Source: Fimbriosthenelais zetlandica
Taxonomy: Eukaryota
Reading direction: 5' to 3'
Assembly: GCA_977030845.1 (NCBI GenBank)
Contig: OZ365110.1
Span: 19,034,001 to 19,098,000 of the forward strand
DNA length: 64,000 nt
The stretch's first letter is position 1; the number at the start of each line of letters is the position of its first letter. Shown in pieces: positions 33,731 through 64,000 of this stretch. Position numbers and translations under genes: made by a program. The notes under the pieces were generated by a model. It saw nothing but the letters and a program-made list of their open reading frames with translations, was not told where the DNA came from and ran no database searches.

Positions 33731-34023
33731 GTTTCTTGTTTTGATCGGAAGTAGACACAATTAAAAATACGGAATTGACGTAGCTCCGTTTCAGCGGAGC
33801 CTTAGGCCCAGGAGATCCAGTATTCTTAATTAATAAAGATTTTTCTTCTATCATACACACCCGTTGAATTATAGTCTCGATATAAAATATATCTAGTAGA
33901 CGAATAACCAAAAATATGACAAAAATATAAATCATTTTCAGTTCTCGTGAGACCGACGACAGCGACGTGACCAAAACGTTTGGTGGCCATCTTTGAACTG
34001 ATTGTCGGCGTGCTGCATTCAGC
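33731..34023. promoter_or_regulatory. Putative bidirectional promoter / 5' UTR region shared by SLC49A3 and SNRNP200
   Basis: Divergent start codons are only 293 bp apart, and a locally CpG-rich patch lies at ~33945-34040. Confidence 0.65.
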
Positions 34024-50547
<16,524 letters not shown>

Positions 50548-52899
50548 ACTAAGTGGGGTGAAAACACAAGGGGCGGTTCCATAAAAAAGATTGGTACGAT
50601 AGTAATATAAAGGACAATAGACTGGAGTTGTTTCATAAATATGATGTGACTTAAGAGTGAATAATTTTGGAAGAGTCTACAGAGCGTGCTTTAATGTTTG
50701 AGAAAAATATATCAGACAGTTAACTATATTATTATGGCAGATATATATTTGAGACAAGTACTGACTCTCCTGAATCATCAAGAGGCATGTAATTAATATT
50801 GTCATGAATAGAGCTTTTTGATGTTCCGTTCATTATAAATTTCATTTCTGGTACATAATTCGGCAAATAGCACAAGTTATCCAAGTAAATGTTTGATGTG
50901 TTCAAACGAATAAGCTTAATTTTGCAATATCATGGTTGGTTTTTGAGATGGGAATGTCTACCAAGTAGAAAAGATTTAATGGTTTTAGTTAAAAATAATG
51001 TATCTGATGAATGAATAGAGCGTATGAAAGATGGAATATTCGAATCCAAATGTTCACCGTTACAAAATTCTATGAGATATTCTATATTCAGTGTGAAGGC
51101 CCTATCCTTTAGTGAAAACCGTGCAGCACCTTTATGTTAACCTAATTTAAACGTGTACATATATTTTCAATTCATGGTCAGACGTATTCGCCGATCTTCG
51201 AATCTTAAATATTGGTGAAATATATTGTGGACATGTATAGTGGTTGTACAATGTTCGCATTACAGAAATTTACACATATTATATGACCACTTTCTTCAAA
51301 GTATATGTATAATAACATCATGCAAAATAAAATTGAAAAAAAGTATTGTAAATACGAATGATATTGTCTGCTCAGCTTTTTAATAATTTTTGAAATAACA
51401 TAAGGGACATTATATTCTGTAGCCATCCCTGTGTTCTGAGTTACTTTCATTACATGTATACATATGGATTTAATGCTCTCCATCTTCATCCCATATCGTT
51501 CAAACAAAAACATGCCGCCTCAGGCACTGACTCGAGTGTAAGCCTGTTGAAAAGTGCTATGTGTGTGTATGTAGGTGTTAATTCAGAGATTCCTTTATAA
51601 GATCGGCCCTCACCATGAAGAGCCCGGAGTGACGGGCTGCTCCTCTTCAGCAGGCTCAGTCTACTGATATGTGGAGGCATTAATTGGATAGGATGGATCG
51701 CATCTACTCGTGTTCTTAAAACCTGAGCCTTATATGTCTGCTACTGCTGAGAAACATAATGACTAAGTCTTTTATATTGCCAGCTTATGTCGTACTTACA
51801 GTAAAATGCGACTTTAAACTTATCTAGTTAAACAGCGGAAAGTTTTGTAATGTACTCTTTTCAAAAATATGGACTGGAATCTATGACTTTAAATCAGAAA
51901 ATAGATTTTTATCTCAGACGATTGATTCGTATCTCACCCAGTGATTCATTCAATATTCATCGTCTGTTGTGTTTCTTAGTTTGTCACTGTACATATTTTC
52001 GATTTTCATGCAAGAATTTATTACAATTTTGTTATTTGTGTTCACACCTGGCTCACATTGTACACACTTGCTGATAAATTGAACTGAATTCCCAAACAAC
52101 GGCTGACCACACCCTAGAAAATGATGATTGCCTGATAGGCTGAATGTACGTTTTATTTAAAACAAATTTATACTTAATTAGTTATGAATTATTATGAGTT
52201 CTAATTGTTTCTCGGAAGTACTTATGCTGAAAAACGATCAGATCCCATTCCTTCTCAGGTCTTTTAATTTGCAGACCTCCAGGCCTCTCTTAAGTTGTGT
52301 TTTCATTTGATAACACTTTTATTTTTATTTTATGATTTTGTATTCATATAGAATCACTTTCTATTTTCAGCCTGTGTCCATTAGTGACACGTGTACATAG
52401 AGAAAGCGGTGCTGACTAAGACCAGTGGATGTATGTGTAGTCCATATAATCCCTTCACCTGCCCCACCCACCCACACAAGGCTGGAGATATGGGATATAG
52501 CAGCACTGATCTGACAACATGTATTCTGTCTAATTAAAAGCGCCACATCACATAGCCAGAACTCTCATATATATGTGGATCAGACCATTCCCATGGGAAT
52601 TACTGCAGCAGAAGACTGCATGCGGTGTTTACAAACCGACTCTCACACTACTCCAGCCCATCCCTCCCTTTCACACCAGAACCTATAATGATGCCTTTGG
52701 TTCCCAAACTGGTTGAATATAAAATCAAGGCAGGATTTCAACATGGAAGATTAGTACAATGCTTGGATGTATTAATTGGACCAATCATAAAACGGGCTTC
52801 CGGTAGGGACCAGGAGGAGAGGAATTAAACTTAAAGAGCGGAGGTTCCACTGCAGACAGACGATCTATAGAATAGCAGACGCCCAGGATGGATCCAAAC

Positions 52900-53035
52900 A
52901 GTGCACTGGTGGTGACGTCACTGCTCATATGGAGGCTGGGTTAGGGCGGGCCAGCCAGCCAGGCCTGGAGGTGTGTGTGAGAGTGAATGTGTGCGTTAGA
53001 TCGTCTGAGAGGCGCGTGGAGGACACGAGCTGAAG
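52900..53035 (+). promoter_or_regulatory. Possible promoter and non-coding first exon of a downstream gene
   Basis: Full CRE TGACGTCA 52913-52920, GC box GGGCGGG 52944-52950, a GC-rich stretch, then a strong donor AAG|GTAGGT at 53035/53036; no coding exon was identified. Confidence 0.3.
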
Positions 53036-56000
53036 GTAGGTGCCAACAATCTCTCTATACATCAACACTCTCCCTCACACGACCTTTCTAAAATGGTCAA
53101 TGACAGACCTATTGGGTTTGAAAGCTTGGGTGTTTAGTCACACAAGGACATGATTGTTACAATAGTGTACCTTATAACGTATGACAGCCAGTTGTAATTT
53201 AAGCCCTTTTCTTTGAGATCTTGGCGGTCCATGCAGTCAGTGGGCGTGTAGCGACCAACCCACTGCAGCATGTCGCCTGGTATCATTTGGGTCCATTGAT
53301 TTAGATTTTTATCTTGATCTAGTTCGGTTTCTATCGATTAAATCAAATTTTGTTTTAACCTTTGCTGTTCATTGGACACACGACCTTGATGTGTTTGTTT
53401 AGGCTGAGTTGAGAGGTTGAGTAATTGTTGGGTCTGGGTGGTGAGTGGACTCGCGGGGTATGTGTGAATATATGCTCGGAGAGCGGGTCACTGGCTACCT
53501 GAGCAGCTCTCACGCCCTCAGCTCCCCGGCTCACGCCTGGTCTTTGCCCATACTATAGCCTCTACATGCCGGTTCGGCTGGAAAAGGTCAGAGCTGGATT
53601 GTCTAGGTTTACCCACTGATGCCATGTGAGACCTTTCTATTTCCAGAAGTGGTATTGATAGAACTTGGCCCTAAATAGGGAGGATGCCTTTTCTGGGGAA
53701 GATCAAACAGTTTGTGTGGGTGGATGGGGAATTATATCTTTTCCTGACAATGTCCTCGATTAGTATGATCATTGGACTGCGTAGCTAAGCACAGCGGATT
53801 ATAGGCCTAATTAGCTTTGGTAATACAAGCATATAACTACATTACATGTGAATTCAATCTGGGATCTTTGGTTGGGCCTATATTCAATTCAATGCAGAAC
53901 AATGGACGAGACAGTACAATGGTGTGCTATAATATGTCATTTTGTTTAACTTAATTTCAGAAATTGGACAGTGCATTTTCATCGTTTCAACAAACTTTCG
54001 ATTCTATTTGAGAAACTACAATGATATTTTTGTAAAAAGTAAAGTACAGGTGAGGTGTAGACAGCTGCATGTACTATCTTACTCCTGACCGGAAAGCACC
54101 TGATAGACTGGTGCGTAGTAAAACACCTGAACTCAGCATTACCTGAGATAGGCTACTGTGAGCTGAAGGTGCCCTCCTCCACCTCCTACCCTTTAAACTT
54201 GCCAAAGGTGAATGTTTATTACTCCCACTTACATTACATTCAGAACCATCATAATTATAAATATGAAGCACAATTTTCATTGAAAATCATGGAGGAGAAG
54301 TACTTTTTTTCGAAGATTTTAACTCTATAGGAAATTACTTATTAAGACCTATGGGAAGTAAAAGTTATTAAGTTTCTTGTATGGCCAATATATGTTAATA
54401 TTTCTGCATAATTTTAGTCAGAAATTATTGACAAAATTGGACTAGTGTAATACATGTACTTGTTCAGTCCATCCCTAGTAGGTAACTTGAAGGTTTCTGA
54501 GGTCTGTAAATCAAAAGGTTTACAATGACAATATTGATAGTAATGGGACTTGGAGTATATCTAGGCAGGAGGTGATATAGGGTTACGTACAAACCTGAGA
54601 GATGCCACTGCCACTCATATATATCTCAATCTTTCATAAACAAATCCCCAACTCGGAGCTCATTATTAGTTAACAACTGCAGGTGATGGGTTGTTATTTA
54701 TGCTGGCATAATGAGATAATCATGTGGTGTTGGCAATGACACCATCCAATAATAACCGTGAAAATTGCTTCATAATTTATTTTTTTGTCTGTATGACTAT
54801 TTTACCTGCATTTCATGTCGGCTATCGGTCCTTAGATACAAGTGTGCAACAAGGGAAAGAACAGTTGGAAGATATATCGGAGCATCTCTATTGAGTGAGA
54901 GGGAATACGTGGGTATTCCCCAGACAAGGTGTTGGTACCAAGCTGTATAAACACTCCTCCACAACCTACCCACCCTGCTCCAACATTTTGTTAAATTGTG
55001 CTTTACATCCACTTTCACTCGGCGAGCAGGTGCCCGTTGGGAATGTGCCAGCCTTTTAGGTTCATTAGGTTCTTTGGAGATGAATTTGGTGTCTGCTGTA
55101 GGTGAGAAAATGTATGGAATGACCCGTTCCAATGCCCATCAAGATATTTTCCCATTGCTGTAGAAACGGCTGAAGTAGAATAAAAAGACATTTAGAATGT
55201 GAATGTCTATATAAAATTCATTTAAGAGTCTTTTCGTTTGACTGGGTAGTATACAGGAAAAGAAATATGTCCCTGGCGAACGAGGACATAAGTATATGAG
55301 GTCTCGGGACTGTATAATTTCCAGAGCTTGATATAGTACGATTCCTGTTAAAAAAGGATATCCTCGCTTGGTTTATTAGAGAGGATGACCATAGAGATAT
55401 ACAGAGGGATTGAATATAGATGGGTTGCTTCCTTCTATCACCGTTACCTAAATGTGGCAATGGCATGCCTGGGGCGGTGAAAGATAGAGAAGTCTACTAA
55501 AGAAAATCTCGTAAATAAACTTGCTTGATCTATGAGCTGTGAAGGGAGTTCTCGCCTGTCTTACTCAGAGATAAATATAAATGAAATTAATACAATATTC
55601 TAATGAGAATCGATGATATGCAGATGGATTTTTTTTTATCCCTTACTCTTGATTCCATAGGGACAAAATAAGCCTTCCCTGAATGGAGGGTGTGGGAGAT
55701 ATATGAGAATAAGATCCCTGCCCCTTGTCCATACTTCCCAATGCACACTTGTTACTTTAAAATCACTTACAGATTTCCACTCGTTTACCATGGAGATCTA
55801 GAACTGAAACTTTTTCACTTTTGAATAATATCAGAAGAGGTAGTTTTTTCCACTTCAGCAATGATCGAAATATATAGGCTAGGTATACATTTCTGATACT
55901 AATGACATAACTAAAGGCAAACAGTCCTTTATAAAACCTGCAGTCATCCTCCTCTCATCCAGTTTCCTTTCTGATAGACTTATCTGTCCACCGTCCCCCT

Positions 56001-59000
56001 TTTCTTCATCGTCTGGGCCTAAACATTAATGGATGATGTAACACAAAATGGCTTCTCTTAATCAAATGTAGGACTCTTCTCTGATGATGGCCGTGCTCCT
56101 GATGGGGCCTGCTATGCATCGTCTGTGACATTCAGTGTACAGCTTCTCATAGTCTCATGGACTCCCCAAGATTCTCCCCATTAGTCACTTCATAAACAAG
56201 TTAAAGTAACACAGCCTGTTGTGGAATTGGTCCTTCAGAAAGCTCCATGAAAATAATATACTGAGAAGCCATTTCTAGTATGAAAATGCAAGGCTTATTT
56301 TTGACACGGTCGCACTGAAATGGGGATCTTGCACTTTTCTTATATTGTTCATATGAAAGGCTTATTACTCAGATCGAGTAATCCTGGAAATTCATGTCGC
56401 TTTGGGGAAGATTCAATGTACCGTATAGTAAATTTCACAAATTCTGTCTATCATTGCATACTTGTAAAGCTTACTCTATGTCAAGCTTAGGATTTAGTTG
56501 AAGGTCCACCATTCATGTTTTTATGGAGGGGGACAATTGACTCTACAGAGAAGCATGGACTACACCGCCTTAGTGATGTCAGTCAGTTGTCTGACTTTGT
56601 TATAGAAACCAAGGCTTCCTGAACTAATTAACTAGCTGACTCTCATGTATACGACCTTCATCAGCCCTGTCACTCCCCACCATCAGCTTAATTAAGCCGA
56701 GAGGCCACCTCAGATGCTTCTAATATTCCCTTTACTAACTCCCCGGGCCTGCACCGACTTCATTTCATTTGATAAAAGATAGGGGTCGTTTAAAAAAACG
56801 AGAGACAAGGAGATCACACATAGGCCTAGATTTTCTACATACTACAATGCATACTCCAAGGCCTTCAATTGTAAAGTACGTAAGGGGTTTTCTTTAAATT
56901 AAAGGGAGACACGGTTCTGAATTTGTCATGATTAAGTTACTTTGAGGAAAGAACAAAACAGTGTGATAATTGATCGGCTCATGCTGGCTCAGAAGAAAAT
57001 GAACAGCAGATTTTGAATTGGAAAGGCCCTGTTTCAACCTTGCAATGTACTAGTTTTCCCCCTCGATGAAGACACTTCATCGCTTTTTAATATTGTAATA
57101 AGATGGAGTGATTACCTTAATATGAATCCACTCTTTATCCAATCAATTTGATATATTGAAAATTTTATAACCAGTTTCCATAGCAACAGATATCTATTAT
57201 GCTTTCGTGAGATTTCTACCTAACATTATGAGTGTCATTTATATATATATTATATATATAGTTCCGGTTATTTGCCTGTAATCATATATATCTAGGTAAT
57301 CACTTGTCTGTCCTTTGGACCATCACAGAAGGTCAGGCTTGTGGGTGGTGATTGAAGGGCGGAACCATGGACAGGAATATAGAGAAGGAAGGGAAGGAAG
57401 GGAGGATGAGGGGACTTATAGTGTGGTTAATGGCACTGGTATATACTTTGCACGTGATGGAGGCAATGAATGGGTGGAGAGCATAACTGGAACTACTCAT
57501 TGTATAAGATGGTCATTATTATTCTGCATTAATCACTGTATTTAACATGGTTTCCATCTGAATCATGTTCATTTACTCCTCTGATATTAAATTTCCCTCG
57601 GTTAAAATGCCGCAGGTGTGATTCCTGGCTTCCCATTACAGGGAGGAAATTATTTTTCCCTCAATGTTTGGTTTGTTATTTGGGAGCAGGAAAATCGATT
57701 ATTATTTTTTGCTCGGTTCTGCCACAATATGACGTCCCATTTGGCCTCTTCCATCAGAAAAAATGAGCCAAAGAGAACCACGGCGAAAATGGTGCTCAAA
57801 AGATGATGGAGAAATGTTGAAAATCCCAGAATACATAGGCCTAATTGTGATCCCTTTAAGACCAGAGGTAACATAACTTGTATGATATTATTATTTATGT
57901 ATATATTATCCTGCATGAAAGTTATAACTTGATTATCAGAGAGTAATGGGAAGCTAGAGAGAAAAACCATCGTATTCATTAATTGATAGAAGAGCTGCTC
58001 AGAGTCTCCCTGCTTCTGCAAATACCATCATGTGGTTGTTTAACATTCCCCGGGGTGGCCGGCCTTCTCCTGATTCATGAAACTATTAGCTCTAAAGCTG
58101 GCAATTAAAGTTCTATTTGAAGAATGCTCACAGACACCTAATCTGACTTTTTCCCTCTTTTCATTATTTAGCTCCCTCTGCCTGTCTCTGTATTTCTCTC
58201 TCTCTGAGCCTCTCGTTATCTCTCAGTATGTTTGTCTCTCCTCTCTTCTAGTCTCTCCCTCCCTCCCCCTCAACCCCTTTTTTCTCAATTCCTCCCATTC
58301 TTTGCTGTAAAGGTTATATTTAAAGACGCATACGTTGTAAAAAGCACCACATCTGTCAAAATGAATTCAGGTGGTGGTCCGGCACCATTCAATTATTAAA
58401 TAATCTCCACTAATAGTCTTCAACAATTGATTTCCAAACCTTTCTCAGTTGCCTATTTCAAAAGTCAACGCTTTGTCAGAGGAGATCAAACCTTAATGGG
58501 AGCTGGATTCAAAGCTTTTGTCCCCTTTGAAGAGTCGAATGGAGTAATGAAACAAAAAGCATGCAGTGCTGGCGGCATAAAGAATCCAAAGAAGCCTGTG
58601 AAAATGACAGTTAGTCGAGACCTTGTGCAAGGTGACATTTCATCTTGATTTTCATCAGTAGCGTATATGGGACATTATAGCATGCCTGTTTCACAGAAAT
58701 CTGACGTGTCCATTGGTCCTTTTCAACATATATACGGGACATTCACCATTGACTTTCCATTGTATAGGCATATATATATGCTGTGCACTGCCACTCCATT
58801 AAAGTTTTTGTTAAAAAAAACGTTCCAGCAACAGAATGGATTTTTTCATTTGCACATTTCAGTGGTTCAATACAATGCTGTCTGCTACAGTTCCCTCCAC
58901 CCTGTCGAAATTGTCTGCAAATGCTGGCATGGTTTAGCATGGACTAAAGCAGGTGCTTGATTCGTATACCAGGAAAACACTAGAAGGCACACTGTATGCC

Positions 59001-62000
59001 TATTGTAATTATCTTCCTGTAAATATGTATGTAGCCTAAATAGGAAACAATTCATCGGCTCGTATATAGGATATTGGATGAAAGGCAATGGAAAAATCAT
59101 TGAAATAACGTTAATTAGGAAGCTTTGAAATTGAAGAGCATTTAAAAACGGAGGACGTTGTATGTTGGGACTGGAAAAACTGGCTTTTCTATCCTCTATT
59201 TATTATTCTGGAAAGGCTGAGAAAGGGATAATAAATAGGGACATGATTTCCTTTCCTCCCATGGGAAAGGCTGGCTGGCACTATGTAGAGAAAGAGGTTA
59301 TATAAATAGGTGCAGCACAATAGACCTTATGTCCTATGCCCTTGTATATAGCTCCATATATCTCTGGCATCCCATGTCCATGCATCCCTGACTTTTCTCC
59401 CAGAAGCCATTTTCCATGGGAAGCCATTTCCCAACATTGTATACTTTGTGTTCATTTTGGTGTACCATATCAAAGTGAGTTGCATGGCTTAAAAATCAAT
59501 CACCTTTCGATCATAATTTATATATATGTTTGACCCACACATGAGGTATTCAAATTTCAAAGTTCAAAAAACTAAATCTGGGGAGAAAATAGTCAGTTCG
59601 ACATCCCATTACAGCAGCGACTCGTGCCTTTAGTCCAGGAGGAGGGAGGCTATGACCCACCCTGGAGCAGCTCTCTGCTGCCCTGGAATCTCATAGTTTG
59701 AGCGAACAAGGTACAACTCCCCATACTGCATCCACTTTACCTAATCGAACCATAAGGTGAATATATCTAAAAGGGCAAGCAGACAATGACGTCTCTCTTC
59801 TATTCTGCAATGGAATATATGCCTATAATATAGGCACAGATTTCAACTTAGCTTTGAGCATTTCTGCTCTCCTTCCCAGTCCTCCCTCTCCCAATTTCTC
59901 CTGTAATCTCCTGGGAAATAAATGTCACTTTCTAGGAAAGGTCCCTTCTCATCTCTCTGTAATATCAGGTGAAAAGTTGGTTTATCTCTTGCATTTTATG
60001 GTGAAAGCAGTAGTAGGTATATATGAGCCAGACATTGCCCCTCATCTAACACACCTGTTACACCATGGTGATCTATACCTGTTTGCCCAGAGCTAGTCGC
60101 CTATAATAAATATCCCAGGCACTAAACATTGTTAGCACTCTCCTCGATTGGATTAATTAAACGAACATTTAATCCACAGCCATGGGGTCATATTGCTTAT
60201 CAGCTCATGGGGCATGATCCAGTTCATTATTCTCACCTATACTTCTATGTGCTCACCTCTTTACTGGCTTCTAGCTAGGGCTTCATGGACTTAATTAATA
60301 GATAAACTTGAGTTTGAAAGTTAATCAAATTTTTCAACCATACACCTTTATCAGCTGTCAAGTATCACCTACTAAGAGTTTTGTATTGTACCTTGTTTTG
60401 TATTATTTTAGGCTACGGATCAAATCACAGAAAATCCATCTATAGTGTAAATCAAAACTCAACTGAAAGAAGTCGAGACCACGAGTGAAATTTCAATGAA
60501 AGATCAGATTTTAGTCTGAGCAAAGCACCAACAGGTGCAGAACAAGCAAGCTTTGTTTTGCCATATTATACAAATGTTACGGTAGGCCTACTGTAGGTTC
60601 ATTCAAGAGAGAATAAGCTAGGATTATGAATGGCAACAAAGGAGATTAGTATAGACTATGTATTACACATGTATGCTTTCATCCAGTACAATTGTAGCTT
60701 CCAAACAGGTCAGATCCAATAGCAAAATCACATATTCCATCCTGAGAGAACCATCAACTGGGATCTTATGAACATTTCAGCTAATGTTTTTAAGGAGTTT
60801 TTCAACACAAAATTAATAACATTTGACATTGAATCTGGTCCCTGTTTTTTTAATTATAAAAACTCCCCTTGATGACAACAGACATGTTGTCTCCTCTCTG
60901 GGGATAGCACCTTGCCTTTTACGAATAACTTCGTACTGTATCCTTTCTTCTCCAATACCACAGCATGACTGGCTATTATTTATAAGGGGATTTACTACTA
61001 ATTTAGTATAGTAGACTCTATCTAATACCTTTCACATTATAGTATCTTGCAGTTCATATTCCGGCCATTCATCAGTACCGGGTAGGAAGCAGAGGCATTC
61101 TCTCCACAGTAGATGATTTGTAAGCTGATATTGATGCTGGCTGAACAACGTTGTCTTTCTAGTGATTGCTATTAGAAACCAGTGTAACACCAGACACCCT
61201 ACAGTACAGTGCTGTGGGCAGGCAGGGGTTAATACTCCACCAGAGTTGGGGTTGAAAGGGCACGAGGTTCACGATCACGTTAATCTTGCAGAACCTGCCT
61301 ACATCACATGCAGGCTATATAGATTGGAATTACCATACATATACCTGTGTATGGTATTACCCAGAATTATCATGCCCTTGGTTTCTCATTGCTGCATTTA
61401 ATGTGTAACTGTGTAGGCCTATTGATTTTCAACTTCATTATTTCATTCTTTTAAACTTTTACTTCTATTCACAGCAAATTACCGTGAGATGCCTTGAACC
61501 TTTAAAACTCTGTCTGAAGGTCCTATTTTCATTAATTTTGTATTTCCAGCATCCTCGTCTCATTGAGAACTGATGCCTTCCGCCGGAAGTACCCATCAAG
61601 GGCATCATGGGAATTTTTTCGAGCTTGAACAGTATTTCCGTTTGCTTTTTACGGTGACAGCAATATGGCTACTGATGGATATTGGTAAGTAGCATTTGCC
61701 TTGAATTCACTGCTTTCGAAAGCAGACAATGTAAAACATGTACATACTGGTAGGCCTAAGGTAGGCCTTTTGTGTAGCCCTATAGCTGATTTGGTCTAAA
61801 TAGTCCATTATACCAACGATATATACATGTAATATATACCATACAAATATGGATGATTAAGGGAAGTTGATGTTGCATGAGGCAGCCCCTACTAATCATC
61901 TGATGAGAAAAGCTGCTCATGACATGCAAGCCAATTATGATAGCACGTTGTAGATGCTCGGGCTCATTTCCTATAAGCTGGCTATACTGGGAATTAAGTT

Positions 62001-64000
62001 TCAGGATAATGTTCATGAGCCATATGTGATTTATAATCTATTTATAATCTATCTTAAAAGATATATCTGATTAATAATTTATTGCGAAGAAGGCTCCATT
62101 GTTGGGGATTTTTAAAACGTTCATTTCTTATAATTATTCCCTTAAATATTATATGCTCAGACTCTGATCGTCGTTACCCGAAAAAGAGAAAAAAGTGACG
62201 GATGTCTGCATAAAATATTATAATTGATCCATGCATTGTTGGGAAATTAAATTGTCATCCCAAACCAGCCATCAGTGAGCCTTCAAACAGGCAACAACCA
62301 ATAGATATTTTTATGGATTCAAACTTTCATGTAGAACCCAAGCCGCTGAAAAATGGTAAAAACAGGATTAGGTGGATTAGTGAGGGAAATGAACTCAATC
62401 AACTATTTATGACATTCGGAATGATTTTCCTGACATTACTCAGGTACTGTTCCAGAGAGAATGTCTACTCAAATGTTTTTCCTTTTTTAAGGTTGGGATC
62501 ATGCCATGCCTTCTTTGGTTTCTTTCCTCTTCAAGGCAATGACCAATGTTTAACATTTCTTTACGAGCTCATTTCGGCTGGTCTTAAATTCCCATTTTGA
62601 AATCAGCTGCTTTAAAAAGCCATGTGCCGAAATCCTTGTGTTGACGAATAAAGAAAATATGAAGCAGGCAGAATACTTTACTCTGATTTAGGGCTGGGTC
62701 TAATGTCCAATAGAAGTCTTAAATCTTTTTTCAAGAAGGTTTTGGGACTTTATGCATTCAATACCTCCTGGTAAAGTAGCAAGTTTAGTACCTTCAGTTA
62801 ATTTATGATCCGTCTGGCTTTCCTGATTATTTTTCATGTTGCCATGCCCTCGGTAGATATCCCTGCTTAGTCTTAGTCATGAAAATGGGAAGCTAGACAT
62901 ACTCCATCGTGAATATGGTCCCATGTTAAGGCTGGTGCCGTCTACAGCATTCAGTAGCATTCCACAAACCCCTTTGGGAATTCATTTTTCAGTTCTTGGA
63001 GTTTTAGTTATTTTGGTCATTGTCATTGTCATACAACATAGGTCTTCATCATATTGTCAACTACGCATAGAGGCAATCTGACCAGTATTTTCCATTATCA
63101 ATTGTGTTACAGTAGATCTACATTGGTTATTCGTCCATCTACCAGGTCCATGCCATTAGGGAATCTGCCATATACCATTTGGCCAGCAGTAGTCTCGTAC
63201 TTCTTGGTACTAGAGAAAGTAGCCACCTGCAGTTGCATGGGATGATAAACTGGCAGTTTATTGGGAAGAGATGTCCTGTAGATCTTTGCAGTATTAGATG
63301 TGAAAGGAACTGTATGACAGGATGGCCTGCTGGCAGTCAAGACACGTTTACATCCATCAGAAAAAAGAAAAAAAGCTTTTCTGGTAGAAAGTGAGAAGCC
63401 CATTGCCTTTGGAAAGCTGATGGCAGCAGAGACTGTGAGCAAATATATCCCCCAGCCTGTGTGTCTCAGAATAACGAATGTATTTGATGCTACACTGAAC
63501 ACATTATTGCTATTTCCAAGAGATGGCTTCAGGCATATAAAACATGAGGAGCAATGGCTTCTTCCGTCCCTCTAGGATCCAGGCATATCAGAGGGATATG
63601 CCTATCACCAGCGAACAGCTTTCATTGAGGCCTTCTATCCTTTATCTTTTTGATGGGCAAGTTATCTATCACTATTGGGGACTAATCGATCAGATCCTGC
63701 ATTGAAGGGAAAAAGCCTGGATCAACTAATGGAAACATCACGTAGTGGATCCAGTCGATTAACCAGGCTTTTCATTGGACCAGTGAAGCAAGAATATTGA
63801 GAAGTTAATATGGCAAATCCCTTTCGAATATTTCACGGGGATTTATAAGTGTGGTATAATATTCAATCCAATGAATAGTTCTGGAAAAGTCCTATAATTA
63901 GGGATACATTATATAGATGCATGATGGGTCCCCATTGCTCTTATATTTCAGACAGATGGACAAAAAGAATATGATAAACCTTAATTATGATAGATCTAGA

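Noticed and set aside
51486-51740. Possible terminal exon of a minus-strand gene converging on SNRNP200
   Set aside because: The short ORF resembles no known protein and no upstream exons could be linked in frame.
63107-63502. 131-aa minus-strand ORF
   Set aside because: No motif, no splice context, and a length compatible with chance.

Overview
Eukaryotic (invertebrate animal) genomic DNA with four spliced protein-coding genes that I reconstructed by hand from GT-AG boundaries and reading-frame continuity. (1) A 5'-truncated SFI1-like centriolar gene (+, 20..9748). (2) Nested antisense inside its only large intron (2984..7125), a 4-coding-exon, ~816-aa Mab-21/cGAS-like receptor (cGLR)-type gene. 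It has a TPR-like region, an acidic tail and two C-terminal ubiquitin-interacting motifs, plus a perfect NF-kB site and two tandem ISRE-like elements at its 5' end. This is the most interesting item in the window. (3) SLC49A3/MFSD7 (-, 14005..33730, 10 exons, 499 aa). Its intron 8 holds an intact, very young BEL/Pao LTR retrotransposon (16326..24786, 504-bp LTRs differing at 1 nt, TSD GTGAC, single 2158-aa gag-pol ORF). (4) SNRNP200/Brr2 (+, 34024..50547, 34 exons, ~2142 aa), head-to-head with SLC49A3, with only 293 bp between the start codons. The window also contains a TA-flanked Tc1/mariner-type MITE, a tRNA-derived SINE, several tandem duplications and inverted repeats, and ~13 kb at the end with no recognisable coding sequence. 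No database searches were run; family assignments rest on motif recognition.
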